A DNA stretch of 34,106 bases, taken from NCBI RefSeq assembly GCF_004010195.1, contig NC_057719.1:60089410-60123515 (forward strand). Direction: 5' to 3'. Below the pieces are notes generated by a model, which was given only the letters and a program-made list of their open reading frames with translations, did no database searches and was not told the DNA's origin. Both the position numbers and the translations under genes were made by a program. Every line of letters starts with the position of its first letter. Within the stretch, counting starts at the first letter, position 1. Shown here in pieces: positions 21,985 through 34,106 of the stretch. This DNA is from Chiloscyllium plagiosum. Its lineage: Eukaryota.

Positions 21985-24900
21985 ATTGGTTGCTGCACTT
22001 AATGACTAAGTTGTTGATGGTAGATAGGTAAACTTTGAGTAAATGGACCACAATAACTGAAGGATGGCATCTGATGGATGGATGCTTTATTTGTTGCCTA
22101 GTTTCTGTTGACTGGCAGATAAAGGTAAAGTTGCCATGAATCATCAGACCAAATGGCTGCTCGAAGATGGTTGGGTCTAGTCCAGTTCTCTGGAAATTTT
22201 TGCATCAATAGCCTGGAGCTGAGATGACTTCAGTATTATACTTGTTGCATGCACCTTCTATTGGCTGTTAGTTATTGCCTTTATTCATGCAGGCTGGGTT
22301 TATTCCTACATATGTCGTGGGGTTTTTAAGGGAAAGAGAAATGTTAACTGCTAACTTGAAACTCTTATGGAAAAGTCTGACAGTTAAGAGCTCTCTGATA
22401 TTTTGTTTTGTAAACTTAATTTGGAGAAGGCAGAGTTTTCTTGAAGTCTTCACGCACTCATTACAAACAGTCATTCACTGAAGTGATATCATCATCAGTA
22501 TTATTGCAATTTCTTGAGTGGTCTGCTTCAAGTGTAGTTCTGTACAGAGACCATTCTAAGAGGCTCTACAAAATCTCATCAACCACTCTTGTACAGATTT
22601 TGAGGACACTATTCTCAGTCATTGTGAAGAGGCTGCATCAGGAAAAAAAACATGGACTAAGTGCACTACTAGAAAAACATATCTTTCCATGAGATTGATT
22701 GTGATTAATCTGTGAAGAGAAAGTGGTGCATTGACTCCGGAATAGCTAAGAGCCAGATTTTATAAAGTTCAACACTGGCAAACTAGCTGAAAGCATTTCA
22801 AACTCACACTGAGCCTGTAAATTGTATTCCATCTCTAACTTTTGTCTTTGAAAATCAACATGTCAAAAAATGATTTGAAATTAAAATTCCATGTAGAATT
22901 TGTCTCAGAATATTTTTTGAAGTCATTTTCACAGAGCAGTTTTGTATGCATTGCTTCAAGACTGCCCTTGGCAAAACATCACAAATTGTCAAAAAACTTT
23001 AATATTACCAAGCAGCTAAATATAAACTGACACTAGGAACCCTACTGAGACAATAAATAGTAGAAAAAAAATCGCACTTTAATGCCTACATACAAGGAGA
23101 TCGATTTTTTATAATTCATGGTTTGGCACACAATATCATCCTCAGAGTGAATATTGAAGAGAAATACATAAGAAATTTGAATGATCAATTCCTAGGAATT
23201 CTCAGGAAAACACATAACATAAAATTGAGATCCAGTTACAAGGCAGGTATAAGCTGGTAAAGAAATCTCTTTGATATGAACCCCTGAGTGAAATACTTGT
23301 GTAAGCATTTATGCAGGATAATCTTATTTTATCTCACATGTGTTCAAGTATATGCCTCAGGGCCATTTTTTAAAAATGTCAAACCCAGAATGTATTTTTT
23401 TCTTTGAGTCAATGTCAAAATTGTGGTTGAACAATGCTTGAGGTGCACTGTGGCATCACCTCAGTGCTCCACCAGCACCTTTGCACAAAAGGGAAAAAAT
23501 CCTTCAGTCGCCTTGACTGTATCATCAAAACATCATCAACTTATCAGTACTACCCTTGAGAAAGTGACAAACATTTGAAAAAATGACAGCATGGAATTAC
23601 TGAAGCATTTTGTTTTGACCACGTGAGGGGAAATGAATTGCTTCCCCACTTTTTAAACCTGCCATCAGTTAAAACTAGTTTTTTTCTTTTCTTTTTCGCA
23701 CACAGCTGTATCACACTTCAACTAAAATGAGATACTAATCAAAATTAAGGAGCTAATTACAAATTTTTCTTAAGTGAAAGACAGATGATTTTTATTACAT
23801 GCTAACCCTGAATGAAGTAGAAAGTGACATCAAAAACACGCATAAATATTGGTATAAAGTTTAAATGGGGAGTGTATCTTGTATAAAAAGAATAAGGAAT
23901 ATACAGTTTAAAAGTCCTTAAAATCATTTAGTTGAGAGAGTCAAACCTGAGACCACAGGCTTTTATTTAATGTCTCATATCCTTAACAGTAGTAAAATTT
24001 GTATAATATTTCAGTTCTCAGTAAATGATTGTTTTTCCAATTGGCTTAGTTACTGGTGCTGTTTTTGGAGATAAAAATAGATTTGGGGCCATTGATAGAC
24101 ACATAGACAAAGAGAGAAACAGAGTGAAGGCCACAGAGATAGAGAGCAAGCTTTCCATGTTCCGCTAGTATGCATCCATTTTCTATTTCTGTTCTGCCTA
24201 AATGTTGTTTTCCTGAAATACTGTTCATGTGTGCATTTCCACATTTGGCTTCATTGCTTTTTTCAAGTCCATCTCAGATGACTCTTATCCTAATGTGTGA
24301 AATTTCCAGCAAGGAATCAATCACAAAAAGGGGACAGGATTTCTTCACATCGTCATATCTATCTGATTGTTACAACCAAATCTCAGAGGAGGTGTTCCAT
24401 GTTCTTAGGGTTCTAGATAGATACGCTAAATCATTAAACCTATGACTGAGGAGGGATGAACCAACTTCCCTATATCATTCATCCACCCCCTTTGCTGGTC
24501 ATAACAGAGTGAAATTACAAAGAATGGCTCCCATATGGATACCTTTCTCCCTGTCAAAAGGTTTTAAGTTTTAAAACGAATTTATTTAACCAGGCAAAAC
24601 AGGTTAACAAAAAGAATAAGTTAATTAGTTACTAAGAAAGTAAATAAAGTTAATAAAAACATATGCACACACATTAGGAATATAAAGGGAGTCCAAAAAA
24701 CAAGGTAAAAGATAAACAGATGGTCGATGAGGAGTTGATAGTGGAATGTTGACAGTTTGACATTAACTTCAGGATTCTTGGCTTTTGCAGGTTGGTGGAA
24801 ATCCTTTTGCCCTGTTTGTTTTGATGGTGGTTGGCTGGCAGCGGGAGAATCCTTTTGTTTTCCTGCTTTCTTTTGACTCGCTTATTACCTCGCTGGCTTC

Positions 24901-25163
24901 TAGCCCACTTGTATATTCAATTCAGGGGGGACCAGTAGGTGAATTTTCAACTGTGACCTTCTTAGCACACTTGTACCTGAATCCAGGCCAGTACACACAA
25001 ATCTTAGTTCATTCTTAAAACTTTTTCCATTAGCCCATCTATTCCCTTGGAAAATACAGACTAGCTTTGCATTCAGTTTTTAACCCCTTAATTTGTTTAT
25101 TACTGGAAATGCAAAACTGCATAGGTGGCTTTCAGTTGAAAGGGGGAGATAATCAGCCATCTC

Positions 25164-25622
25164 GGGGTGGCACATTGGCTCAGTGGTCAGCACTGCTGCC
25201 TCACAGCGCCAGAGATCTGGGTTCGATTTCTGCCTCGGACAACTGTCTGTGTGGAGTTTGCACATTCTCTCTGTGTCTGTATGGGTTTCCTTCAGGTGCT
25301 CTGGTTTAGGACAGCACGGTGGCTCAGTGATTAGCACTGCTGCCTCACAGCACCAGGGACCCGGGTTCGATTCCAGCCACAGGCGACTGTCTGTGTTGAG
25401 TTTGCACATTCTCACCCTGTCCGTGTGGGTTTCCTCCGGGTGTTTTGCTTCCTCCCACAATCCAAAGATGTGCAGGTCAGGTGGATTGGCCATGCTAAAT
25501 TGTCCATCGTGTTAAGTGCATTAGTCAGAGGGAGTTAGGTCTGGGTGGGTTACTCTTCGGAGGGTCGGTGTGGACTGGTTGGGCTGAAGGGCCTGTTTCC
25601 ACACTGTAGGGAATCTAATCTA
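25164..25622 (+). mobile_element. Tandem HE1-type V-SINE: 5' half (25164-25307) fused to a full copy (25309-25622)
   Basis: Two successive A/B-box heads; only the second carries the 3' tail ending GGGAATCTAATCTA. Confidence 0.92.
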
Positions 25623-28419
25623 TTTTAATCTCATTACCTCTTCTTGTTATGTCTCTTTCACTCTGGAGTTTCCCTGATACTTTACAGGTTTGACTATCCA
25701 TGGGTCCCATATAGGACTTTGGCAGTTAGCACTAAATTAACATCAGTGGTCTTTTTTCTGTCTGTTTCTTTTCTTTTAAAAAAAACATGTTTTGAAATTA
25801 TATATGCAATAATGTGTATAGTCGTTTGGGGTTATGATACATTGTCATGACACTGAGTTTCATTGACTCTTGCTAAAATGTTAATAATTGCATCACAAGC
25901 TGTTTTTGAATACCTAAGCTTGGCTTCATGAGCTTGCCTCAACCTGGTTGGATGACCACTTCATCAATCGTAAGTTAATATTCCCTCCATTTATTTACAT
26001 CATTTTAGTCCATGAAGGTCTCAGGTATTAAAATCAGACGATGGATTTGAAAATCGATGATCCATATTTTACCATTGTTGTGACACAACAGAATCTTTTT
26101 GACCCAATGAAAGAGACATACCTCATACAATGTTGTGAACATAGCTTAATGTGAAACCATTTTGTTTGAGATATAGAAAAGCACTCCTATCATATTTACC
26201 AGCTTTTAAGTAACCTCACCTCTGTTACTGTTAGAAATATTCTAGTCATGAAGCTATTTGAGAAGCTGCCTGCTTTACAGAATAATGTCAGCATGTCATA
26301 CCTTTATATACACACATCAAAATGTTTCCTATTTTACTGTGACAGCTGTTCGTGAACTAATGAAAGCTTCAGACAGTTAATGGATTTGTTAACTATTGTC
26401 ACTAGACTAGAACATTTCAAGTGCTTACATGCAAATGAATTAAACAAACAGATCTACAGAAAAGAAGTAGTGTTGAGTCAATGGTACAATATTCTTAGAT
26501 CTGAAATTTAATGGAAGTTGTATTTCTTATGAAAATCTGTCGAACAATTTCCAATGAAAATGTTGGGAATGTATGATGCACTATTATGTTCAAAAATCAG
26601 ATAAGTTGTTGGCTTTAATAAAAGAGAATCATTTTAGGGCACAAACTGGTAAGATACAACTTGCTACCTCAATTTCTTCATGTAAGAATGTGGTCCTTTG
26701 TGCATCAAGTGCAGCCACACCATAAATCTGTTTTTATAAACACATCCACGATTTTGCTACACATATAACACACAGAAGAAATCTTCACCGTGATGAGTTC
26801 CTGGTCTTGTGTTACATGGCTGTGAGTTCCCAACTGCATAGAAAATAGAAAGCTGAAGGAAGCCTGGCATTGCATTCAGATATAGTTTTGCAGAGATTAT
26901 TGAGGGAAAACGGGTAAATATATCACAACTAATAAATATTTGAAACTTCTTCACTATTACACTACAAATATTCTGAAGCCCAGTTCTGGTAGGGCAACCA
27001 ATGTCATTGATATGGAGCAATATCGGCCCTTAGGTAACATAATTTCTGAAAGCATCTGTCAAGATCAAGTTTGATTATGTAAATTTATTCAGACAAAAAT
27101 ATTTGAGAAACAGATTCTAGTGAACAAACCTTGGCTATATTTCGGAGATGTAATGCAACATAGAGGATTCTTCTAAAAAAGCATTTGTTTGGGATTGGGC
27201 TTCCACACAGAAAAACACAGCCATTCCCTAACAATGATGTTAAGTACAGTTCTGTTGCTTATTTAAGAAAAATACTTGATAAAAAGGTTTACTAAAATGA
27301 GTTGTATAATGTAAATGACATTTAAATACTTGCATGTTTTTATGACTGGCATCACTGTTTATAACACTATTATGCTGAACATCCTTCTATTTAATGATTG
27401 AAAAGCATCCGATGAATGCTAATGCCATTCTGCGAAATAATTTCTTCTTCATAAAGTATATGGCTGCAAATTTACACAGAATAATTTCTTTTCCTACAAT
27501 CCCAGATGTAATACAACTTTTCCAATCTCATGTTTATCTTTCGTAAGCTTGGCAATGAAATAGTGATTAGCTTCCATGCAATTTGTAATTGTCAATTAAC
27601 TTTGCACTTGCACCAGATTGCAAGGTTAGTGAATTGAAGCGTGGTAGATGTAGTGTGATTGATCTGTGATTAAACAAGTACATAATCTGTCCGTATATGA
27701 GCTGCAGTTCGAATGCAAGCTGGATGACTATGCTTACAGAAAATATAAAGGCCACCATAGTCAGTCAGCTGAGAAATTAAAGACAGCGGCACTATGAAAG
27801 AGTGAAACCATATATACTTATGAAGCATTAGAGTATAAATGGCAAATGATCTGACACAGTGTAATAAATCTGTGCCACAAAAATTTCATGGCTGAACTAA
27901 AATTTCTTTTGTGTGTTTATACTCGGGTATTCTAAGTATGCAGTGACTGTCAGCACCTGATCAAATTATAACATTCAAACATTATGCAGAAGCCACTCAG
28001 GTCATGTTGTTTTGTTGACACATCTGACATAAAACTGACCCATCAATAATCAAGCTATTATTGTGTTTACCAACATCTTTTCGTTTACAAAACATGGCGG
28101 AGATGCAGCAAACAAATCCATTTCATTTGGGGTATTTTCATATGGCACACTTCAAATAAACCAGGCCTCGAGAACTAGGCTTTTCTCCAATGCTGTGCAC
28201 AAGCTATCAAGTGTTATTTTTTTTATTTACCTCTGTTGCCACACCACTCTAGCCATGGTCATGCACAAGCGGTGTCACCATCTTCCTCTTTTACTAGTTC
28301 CTGACTCCATGTGCAACAAGTAATGGCTGGGGCCTTCATGTTACACATTGAAAACATCCCTGAAACTTTGTTAGGTGTCTTACTGGTCATTTGGCTTTGG
28401 CTAACACATCATATAGAAA

Positions 28420-28545
28420 GTCTGAAACAAAAAACATGAATTGAAAAAAACTGAGGAGGTCTGGCATTTGTGAAGAGAAATGAGAGTTAATGTTTCGGGT
28501 CCAGGAACCCTTTGCCATTTTGTTTTCCTTTTAGATTTGCAGTAT
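28420..28545. mobile_element. Degraded Penelope-like family B remnant, target of the adjacent insertion
   Basis: GAGTTAATGTTTCGGGTCCAGGAACCCTT resembles 7690-7720. The tail-like sequence TTAGATTTGCAGTAT resumes after 29215. Confidence 0.55.
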
Positions 28546-29215
28546 AAGTATGTAAGTTAGCTCGCTGAGCAAGAAGGTTTTCAGATGCTTTGGAACCATG
28601 ACAAGGTAACATCATCAGTGAGAGTCTCTGGGGAAGCACTGGTAGTATGTCCCGCCTCTCTATTTATAGGTCTTCGTTTCTTAAGATGGATGATGTTAAT
28701 ACCGGCTCTTTTTTTCAAAGAAGGTAGAAAGGATCTAAGTTGCTGTGTTTATTGATGGAGTTCTGGTTAGAATGTAATGCGTCTAAGAATTCTCATGCGT
28801 GTCTTTGTTTCACCTGTCCTAGGATGTGTATGTTGTCCCAGTCAAAGAGGTGTCCTTCTTTGTCTGTATGTATGGAAACTAGTGATAGTGGGTCGTGTCT
28901 TTTGGTGGCCAGTTGGTGTTCATATATCCTGGTGGCAAAACAAAGACACGCATGAGAATTCTTAGAGGCATAACCAGATATCGATATCTAAAACATATCG
29001 ATTTAGATCCCATCTACCTTCCCTTTAAAAAAAAATCGGAAATGACATCACCCACCTTAAAAAAACCAAGACCTATAAATAGAGAGGCATGACATACCAC
29101 TCTCACTGATGATGTTACCTAGTATGATGACGAAACATTGGAAAACAAACTTTCCAGCTCAGTGAGCTAACTTACGTACTTAGCATCAACCTGAGCTACA
29201 AATCTTCTCAAACAC
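28546..29215. mobile_element. Penelope-like retroelement remnant, family D: inverted pseudo-LTRs, GIY-YIG endonuclease C-terminus, hammerhead motif, 34-nt tail
   Basis: Minus strand ~28936-28725 translates ATRIYEHQLATKRHDPLSLVSIHTDKEGHLFDWDNIHILGQVKQRHA*EFL..SINKH, typical of the PLE endonuclease (R..EH, H.FDW, SIN). 28546-28810 is inverted relative to 28938-29181. Possible TSD TTGCAGTAT / TTCCAGTAT. Confidence 0.88.
29106..29139 (+). ncRNA. Decayed minimal hammerhead ribozyme motif
   Basis: CUGAUGA-U-GUUA...UGAC-GAAA-CAUU. The mirror copy at ~28583-28618 (minus) has lost GAAA. Confidence 0.55.
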
Positions 29216-29807
29216 TTCCAGTATTCTCAGTTATTTATTGTTTTTTTATTTTACTATCCATATAGAAAGCTCTCAGCTATGATCATCTCTTGTCCAACAA
29301 GCATTCTTGAGACAATGAAGTTCCCCCAGTTTGATGAGTGCTAACAAACTTGAGCATTCTGTCATTGAGAGAACAGCTATATCTGTGATTTTGTCCTGAT
29401 AGGCTACACTCAATGCACAAAAGATATTCTTGATGTCTGAAAGTTGTCTGTTTTTAACCACCATACAAGGATTATCTTGATGTTATCTCACATGCACAGG
29501 TAAGTCAGCATTATTAATGCATCAGTTTCTGCATCAAGGAATGGTATAATGGAATGTCCATCACCATTGACATGAAGGAGCAGAATCTGTGAACTACTTT
29601 CAGCTGAGTTTTATTTAGTATGCTCAGGGTTGTAATGAAATGTGTTGTCCAATGTCCACAATTTCCTTGATGTTTACAGTCAGGGAAAACAATTTATGGG
29701 ACAAGATAGGGGGAAGAGTCCATAAGTCCTTCTAGCTGAGTTTTCACATCCATGACTTGGAAATCATGATCAATACAGAGTTCACTGATCATGGCATAAT
29801 GTGCTTT

Positions 29808-31640
29808 TGAATTGAATTTATTGTCACATGTACCGAGGCACAGTGAAAAGCTTTGTCTTGTGAGCAATACAGGCAGATCATAGAGTTAAGTAGCATAGAT
29901 AAGTAAATAATAGGTAAACAGCGGCAAAAACAAAATACAGGTACAGGCAAATGTTAAGAATTTGTGAGTCCATTCAGTATTCTAACAACAGTGGCGTAGA
30001 AACTGTTGAGAAATTGGCTGGTGCGTGTGTTCAAGCTTCTGTACCTTCTCCCTGATGGTCAAGATTGTAGAAAAACAATGCCAGGGTGGGATGGATCTTT
30101 GAGAATGCTAGCAGCCTTTCCCTGACAACGGGCCTGGTAGATGGATTCTATAGATGGAACATTGGCCTTTGTGATTGTCTAGGCCGAGTTCACCACTCTC
30201 TGTAACCGTCTCCGATTTTGAATGGTACAGTTGCCATACCAGCTAGTGATACATCCAGATAGAATGCTCTCGATGGCGCACCTATAAAAGTTGGTAAGGG
30301 TATTCGCCATCATGCCAAATTTCCTCAGCTGCCTGAGGAAGAAGAGACACTGTTGGGCCTTTGTAACCAGTGTATCCACATGAAGAGTCCAAGAGAGCTT
30401 TTTGTGGGTGACCACTCTCAGGAGCTTGATACTCTCCACTCATTCAACCTCTGTGCTGTTAATGCGTAGGGAGGCATGAGTAACATCCCACTGACAGTCA
30501 ATAATGAGTTCCTAGGTTTTGTTGGCATTGAGAGCTAGGTTGTTCTCAGTGCACAATTTTTCCAGGTCTTCCACCTCCCGTCTGTAGTCTGTTTTGTCGC
30601 CATCTGAGATTTGACCGACTGGTGGTGTCATCAGCAAACTTGTAAATGGCATTAGTCTGGTATTTGGTGATGCAGTCATGGGTATACAGTGAGTACAGTA
30701 GGGGGCTGAGTACACACCCCTGGTGGGGGCTCCAGTGTTGAGTGTTAGTGAGGATGAAATATTGTCCCCAATCTTCACTGATTGTGCCCTGTGGGTCAGG
30801 AAACTGAGGATCCAGTTGCAGAGAGTGGGGCTTAGTCCAAGATCACTAAGTTTAGTAATCAGCCTCGAGGAGATAATAGTGTTGAAGGCTGAACTGTAGT
30901 CGATGAGTAGGATTCTTACGTAACTGTTCTTGGTGTCAAGGTGTTCTAGGGAGGAGTGAAGGGCAAGTGGTATATGGCATCTGACGTGGATCTGTTGGTC
31001 CGATAGGAAAGTTGGAGTGGGTCAAGAATAGTGGGGAGGCTGGAGTTGATTAATGCCATGACCAGCCTTTCAAAGCACTTCATGACCACCAAAGTCAGGG
31101 TCACTGGGCGGTAGTCATTGAGACATGCTGCATGAGCCTCCTTAGGCACAGGGATGATGTTGGTCCTCTTGAAACAGGCAGGGACAGTAGCCTGCGGCAG
31201 GGAGAGGTTGAAGGTGGCCGAGAAGACCCCTGTCATTTGATCTGCGCATGGCCTGGTACTCCGTCTGGTCCCATCACTTTCTTTGGATTCTCACTAAGGA
31301 AAACTGACCTGACCTCTGATGCAGTGACAGTCGGGATAGGTTCGTCAGGACTTGTTGGAATAGGTGTTACCTCTCCACTGAAATTCTGCTCAAAGCAAGC
31401 ATAGAAGGCGTTGAGACGATCTGGGAGGGATCTGTCATTGTTTGCTATCTTGCACTGTCTCTTTTTAGAACCTGTGATGTTACTCGGTCCTTGGCATAGT
31501 TGACGGATGTTTTTCTGGGTCTCTATTTTGGATCGGTATTGGTCCTTGGCTGTCTTAACGGCTCTGTGGAGGTCATACTTGGATTTGTTATATCTGAGTG
31601 GGTCTCTTGACCTGAAGGCCTCGTGCCTGGTTTTCACATT
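29808..31640 (-). mobile_element. Rex1/Babar non-LTR retrotransposon, 5'-truncated, frameshifted RT
   Basis: ORF pieces [81 protein letters not shown] and FYRCAIESIL. Tail (ATTCA)n on the minus strand. Confidence 0.92.
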
Positions 31641-31853
31641 CAATCTTGATTAACTGTAGAGAATGCTGTCTGATCTTAGTATGCAAGTGTACACCTTCCA
31701 CATTGGGAGGGAATGCAAAGACAGGAGTGTGGTGTTGTGGGGGCCCTGTTTTGCTTCATTCTTTAGTCAGAAGATGTCGGAGGACATCCTTCGAAGTATA
31801 CAGTGTAGGGCATATTGTGCTTCTGCATGCACTCAATTTATAAGTTGATTTTT

Positions 31854-32230
31854 GAGTGTAGAAGGTTGAGAGGTGACCTTATAGATGTTTGTAAAGTAAT
31901 GAGGGGTATAAATAGGAATAATGGTAGTTGTCTTTTCAAGCCTAGGGGGCACATTTTTAAGGTGAGAGGAGAGTGATTTTAAAAAAGACCCTGGGGACAA
32001 ATTTTTTACACAGAGGGTGATTCATGTGTGGAATGAACTTCCTAAGGAAGTGATGGATGTAGGTACAATTACAGCGTTTAAAAGACATTTGGATAAGTAC
32101 ATGAATAGGAAAGGTTGGAGGGATATGGGTCAAGAACAGGCAGGTGGGATTAGTTTAGTTTGGGATTATGTTAAGCGTGGACTGGTTTAAACAGGGGGTC
32201 TGCTTCTGTGCTGTATGACTCTGAGTCTAT
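31854..32230 (+). mobile_element. CR1-clade LINE 3' fragment
   Basis: RRLRGDLIDVCKVM and FFTQRVIHVWNELP motifs; terminus TCTGTGCTGTATGACTCTGAGTCTAT. Confidence 0.9.
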
Positions 32231-32259
32231 TAATATGACCCAGCAAAGGCATTTTCCAT

Positions 32260-32662
32260 GATTTGATTTGATCTAATTTATTGTTATCACATGGGATACA
32301 ATGAAAAGTATTGTTAACCAGACAAATCATACCTTATATAAATACTTCAGGGTGTTAGAACAGAATGCAAAATATAATGTTACAGCTACAGAAAAGATGC
32401 AGAGAAAGATCAACTCTTGTATATGGGGTCTGTTAATAAATCTGATAACAGTGGGAAAGAAGCTGTTCTTAAATCTAGTGTGTGTTTTCAAACTTTTGTA
32501 TCTTCTGTCTGATGGAAGAGGGTGGAAGAGAGAATAACCGGGGGTGGGGTGGGGGTCTTTCATAATGTTGGCTGCTTTCCTGAGGTGGTGGGAAGTGTAG
32601 ACAGAGTTAATGGAAGGAAGGCTGGTTTTGTGATGTACCAGATTGTGTTCACAACCCTCTGT
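32260..32662 (-). mobile_element. Second Rex1/Babar 3' fragment (different subfamily)
   Basis: ORF 32327-32680 contains KAANIMKDP..PGYSLFHPLPSDRRYKSLKT..RFKNSFFPTVIR, a Rex1-like C-terminus. (ATCAA)n tail on the minus strand. Confidence 0.85.
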
Positions 32663-33829
32663 AGGAAATATTCTTGTCATTGCTCTCCCTTCTGTTCCCT
32701 TTGTTTTTTGTCAGTGTGATAATTTTTGCATTACGCCATCTCCTGTGGAATGGAGCCCAGTTTCTAGCAAATGTCATAAAGGTGTGGCCATCAGTGGGAT
32801 TTTCCATTCTTGAACAATTTTATCTGGGATTCCACCCTTATTGGGTGTCTTTCTGTTTTTTAAGCAATCTGTTGCCTTCTTAAACTCAAGTTATTATGGC
32901 CCTTAATCTCATTCATCGATGATGGGAAACTGAAGAGGAGGGTCAAACATAAACAGTGACCTGTCTATCCCACAGGATCACAAATCTCAGTGCTCAGCTC
33001 AGCAGGAGATCAGTTTACTTTTGTCTATCAGCCAATACCTCACAACTACCAACTTCAGAGTGATGGTAGGGTCAAACATCATCTTGATCCTTTCATATGT
33101 AGCTCATTGATTCTCATCATCGCAGGAAGTTTGGATTTCTGCACATCAGCTGATCCAATGTACATAGGACATCCTTATCGTCTGCATAGATATCTTGGCT
33201 TCTTTCAGGTCATGCAGTTGGTTTTATGTTGTGCATCATGCAGGCTTTGTTTTTTGCGTCAAAGGCAGATATCTGAGCTGAGCAGGTCTAAAGGCAGTCC
33301 TTGTTACCAGTTATGCCTTTAATAAATAACTGGTGTTGTGTTCAGTGTGGATGTGGAGAACACTGGACAGATTTTGCCTTCTTGTGGTAATCAAGTTGAT
33401 TGCAATGTCTAACCCTTCGATGACAATATGATATCTTATGGAAGTGTCTGTTCTGAATGAATGTGTTTGCTGTTCAGAGTTCATTCAAGGTACAAAGTGC
33501 AAGAAGGCATAGTCTGTTTGTTGCCGATTTTGCCAAATATATGATCAACATGGCACGTTGGCTATGAATTGCTTTCTGTCCAAACACATGCATTGCAGTT
33601 AGCCAGGATGAATATTCACCATCATTTGAAATTTTCTTCACTACGGCATCTATGCAGCTGCAGGTGTGCTTTCTACCTGTGATGCTAACATATAGAGTTG
33701 GCACATATTATGCGGACTGTGCATCAAATGAAAGTTGCAAGAAGGTGAGGTGCTACTTGGCTGCTACTGACAACTCAAAGGACCATGTCGGCTGGTTAGG
33801 AACAGAAGGATGCTATTTCATCAAGTGCA

Positions 33830-34039
33830 CCTAACTCAGCATTCTAGATCATTATATATTGTTTCCTCAATGCTATTTTCCCGCAATATCTCCATTTACC
33901 TTAATATAATTCATCTCTGGAAACCAGGTTATTTTTGCCTAGAACTTGCTCAGTGCTTGAGCTCCCACAGACCTCTGGTGTAGAGAATTTCAAAGCTTTA
34001 ACACTATGATCTCATTCTCAATGGGCTATACCTTATCCT
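33830..34039 (-). mobile_element. Old CR1-like 3' fragment
   Basis: CCCACAGACCTCTGGTGTAGAGAATTTCAAAG is the reverse complement of a decayed LWNSLPQR motif. Confidence 0.55.
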
Positions 34040-34106
34040 GAGATCAGAGCTGAAAATGTGTTGCTGGAAAAGCGCAGGTCAGGCAGCATCCAGGGAACAG
34101 GAGAAT
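34040..34106. mobile_element. Penelope-like family A element, cut by window end
   Basis: Near-identical to 15713-15782. Confidence 0.88.

Noticed and set aside
32680..33790. Possible ancient RTE-like LINE debris (also 22430-22720 and 29280-29800)
   Set aside because: Isolated motifs (YVPTL, ISWKD) are too weak without an HMM search.
20964..34106. Preceding npas3 exon (..RMKSTLTKRGVHIKSSGYK)
   Set aside because: Not found by eye; presumably beyond the window end.

Overview
AT-rich vertebrate genomic DNA. The repeat content (HE1-type V-SINEs, CR1-clade LINEs, a Deu-domain SINE, Rex1/Babar, Penelope-like elements) points to a shark; an orectolobiform such as a bamboo or epaulette shark is my inference. 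The window appears to be internal to a minus-strand npas3 gene. Three consecutive coding exons (194, 107 and 148 nt) have canonical AG/GT sites and compatible phases, and splice into the PAS-A/PAS-B linker plus PAS-B/PAC region of the bHLH-PAS factor NPAS3. I did not find the flanking exons here. Most other listed ORFs are repeat-derived or spurious. The most striking unannotated structure is a set of at least eight Penelope-like retroelement derivatives from about four families. Most share one architecture: fold-back inverted arms, an unpaired 30-39 nt tail, and usually a 9-19 bp target-site duplication. Several carry minimal hammerhead-ribozyme motifs (CUGA-N-GA ... GAAA-CGUC). Repeat-free intronic blocks rich in homeodomain, Fox, Sox and E-box motifs are candidate conserved enhancers. 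Repeat family names come from recognition, not from database searches, and repeat boundaries are approximate.
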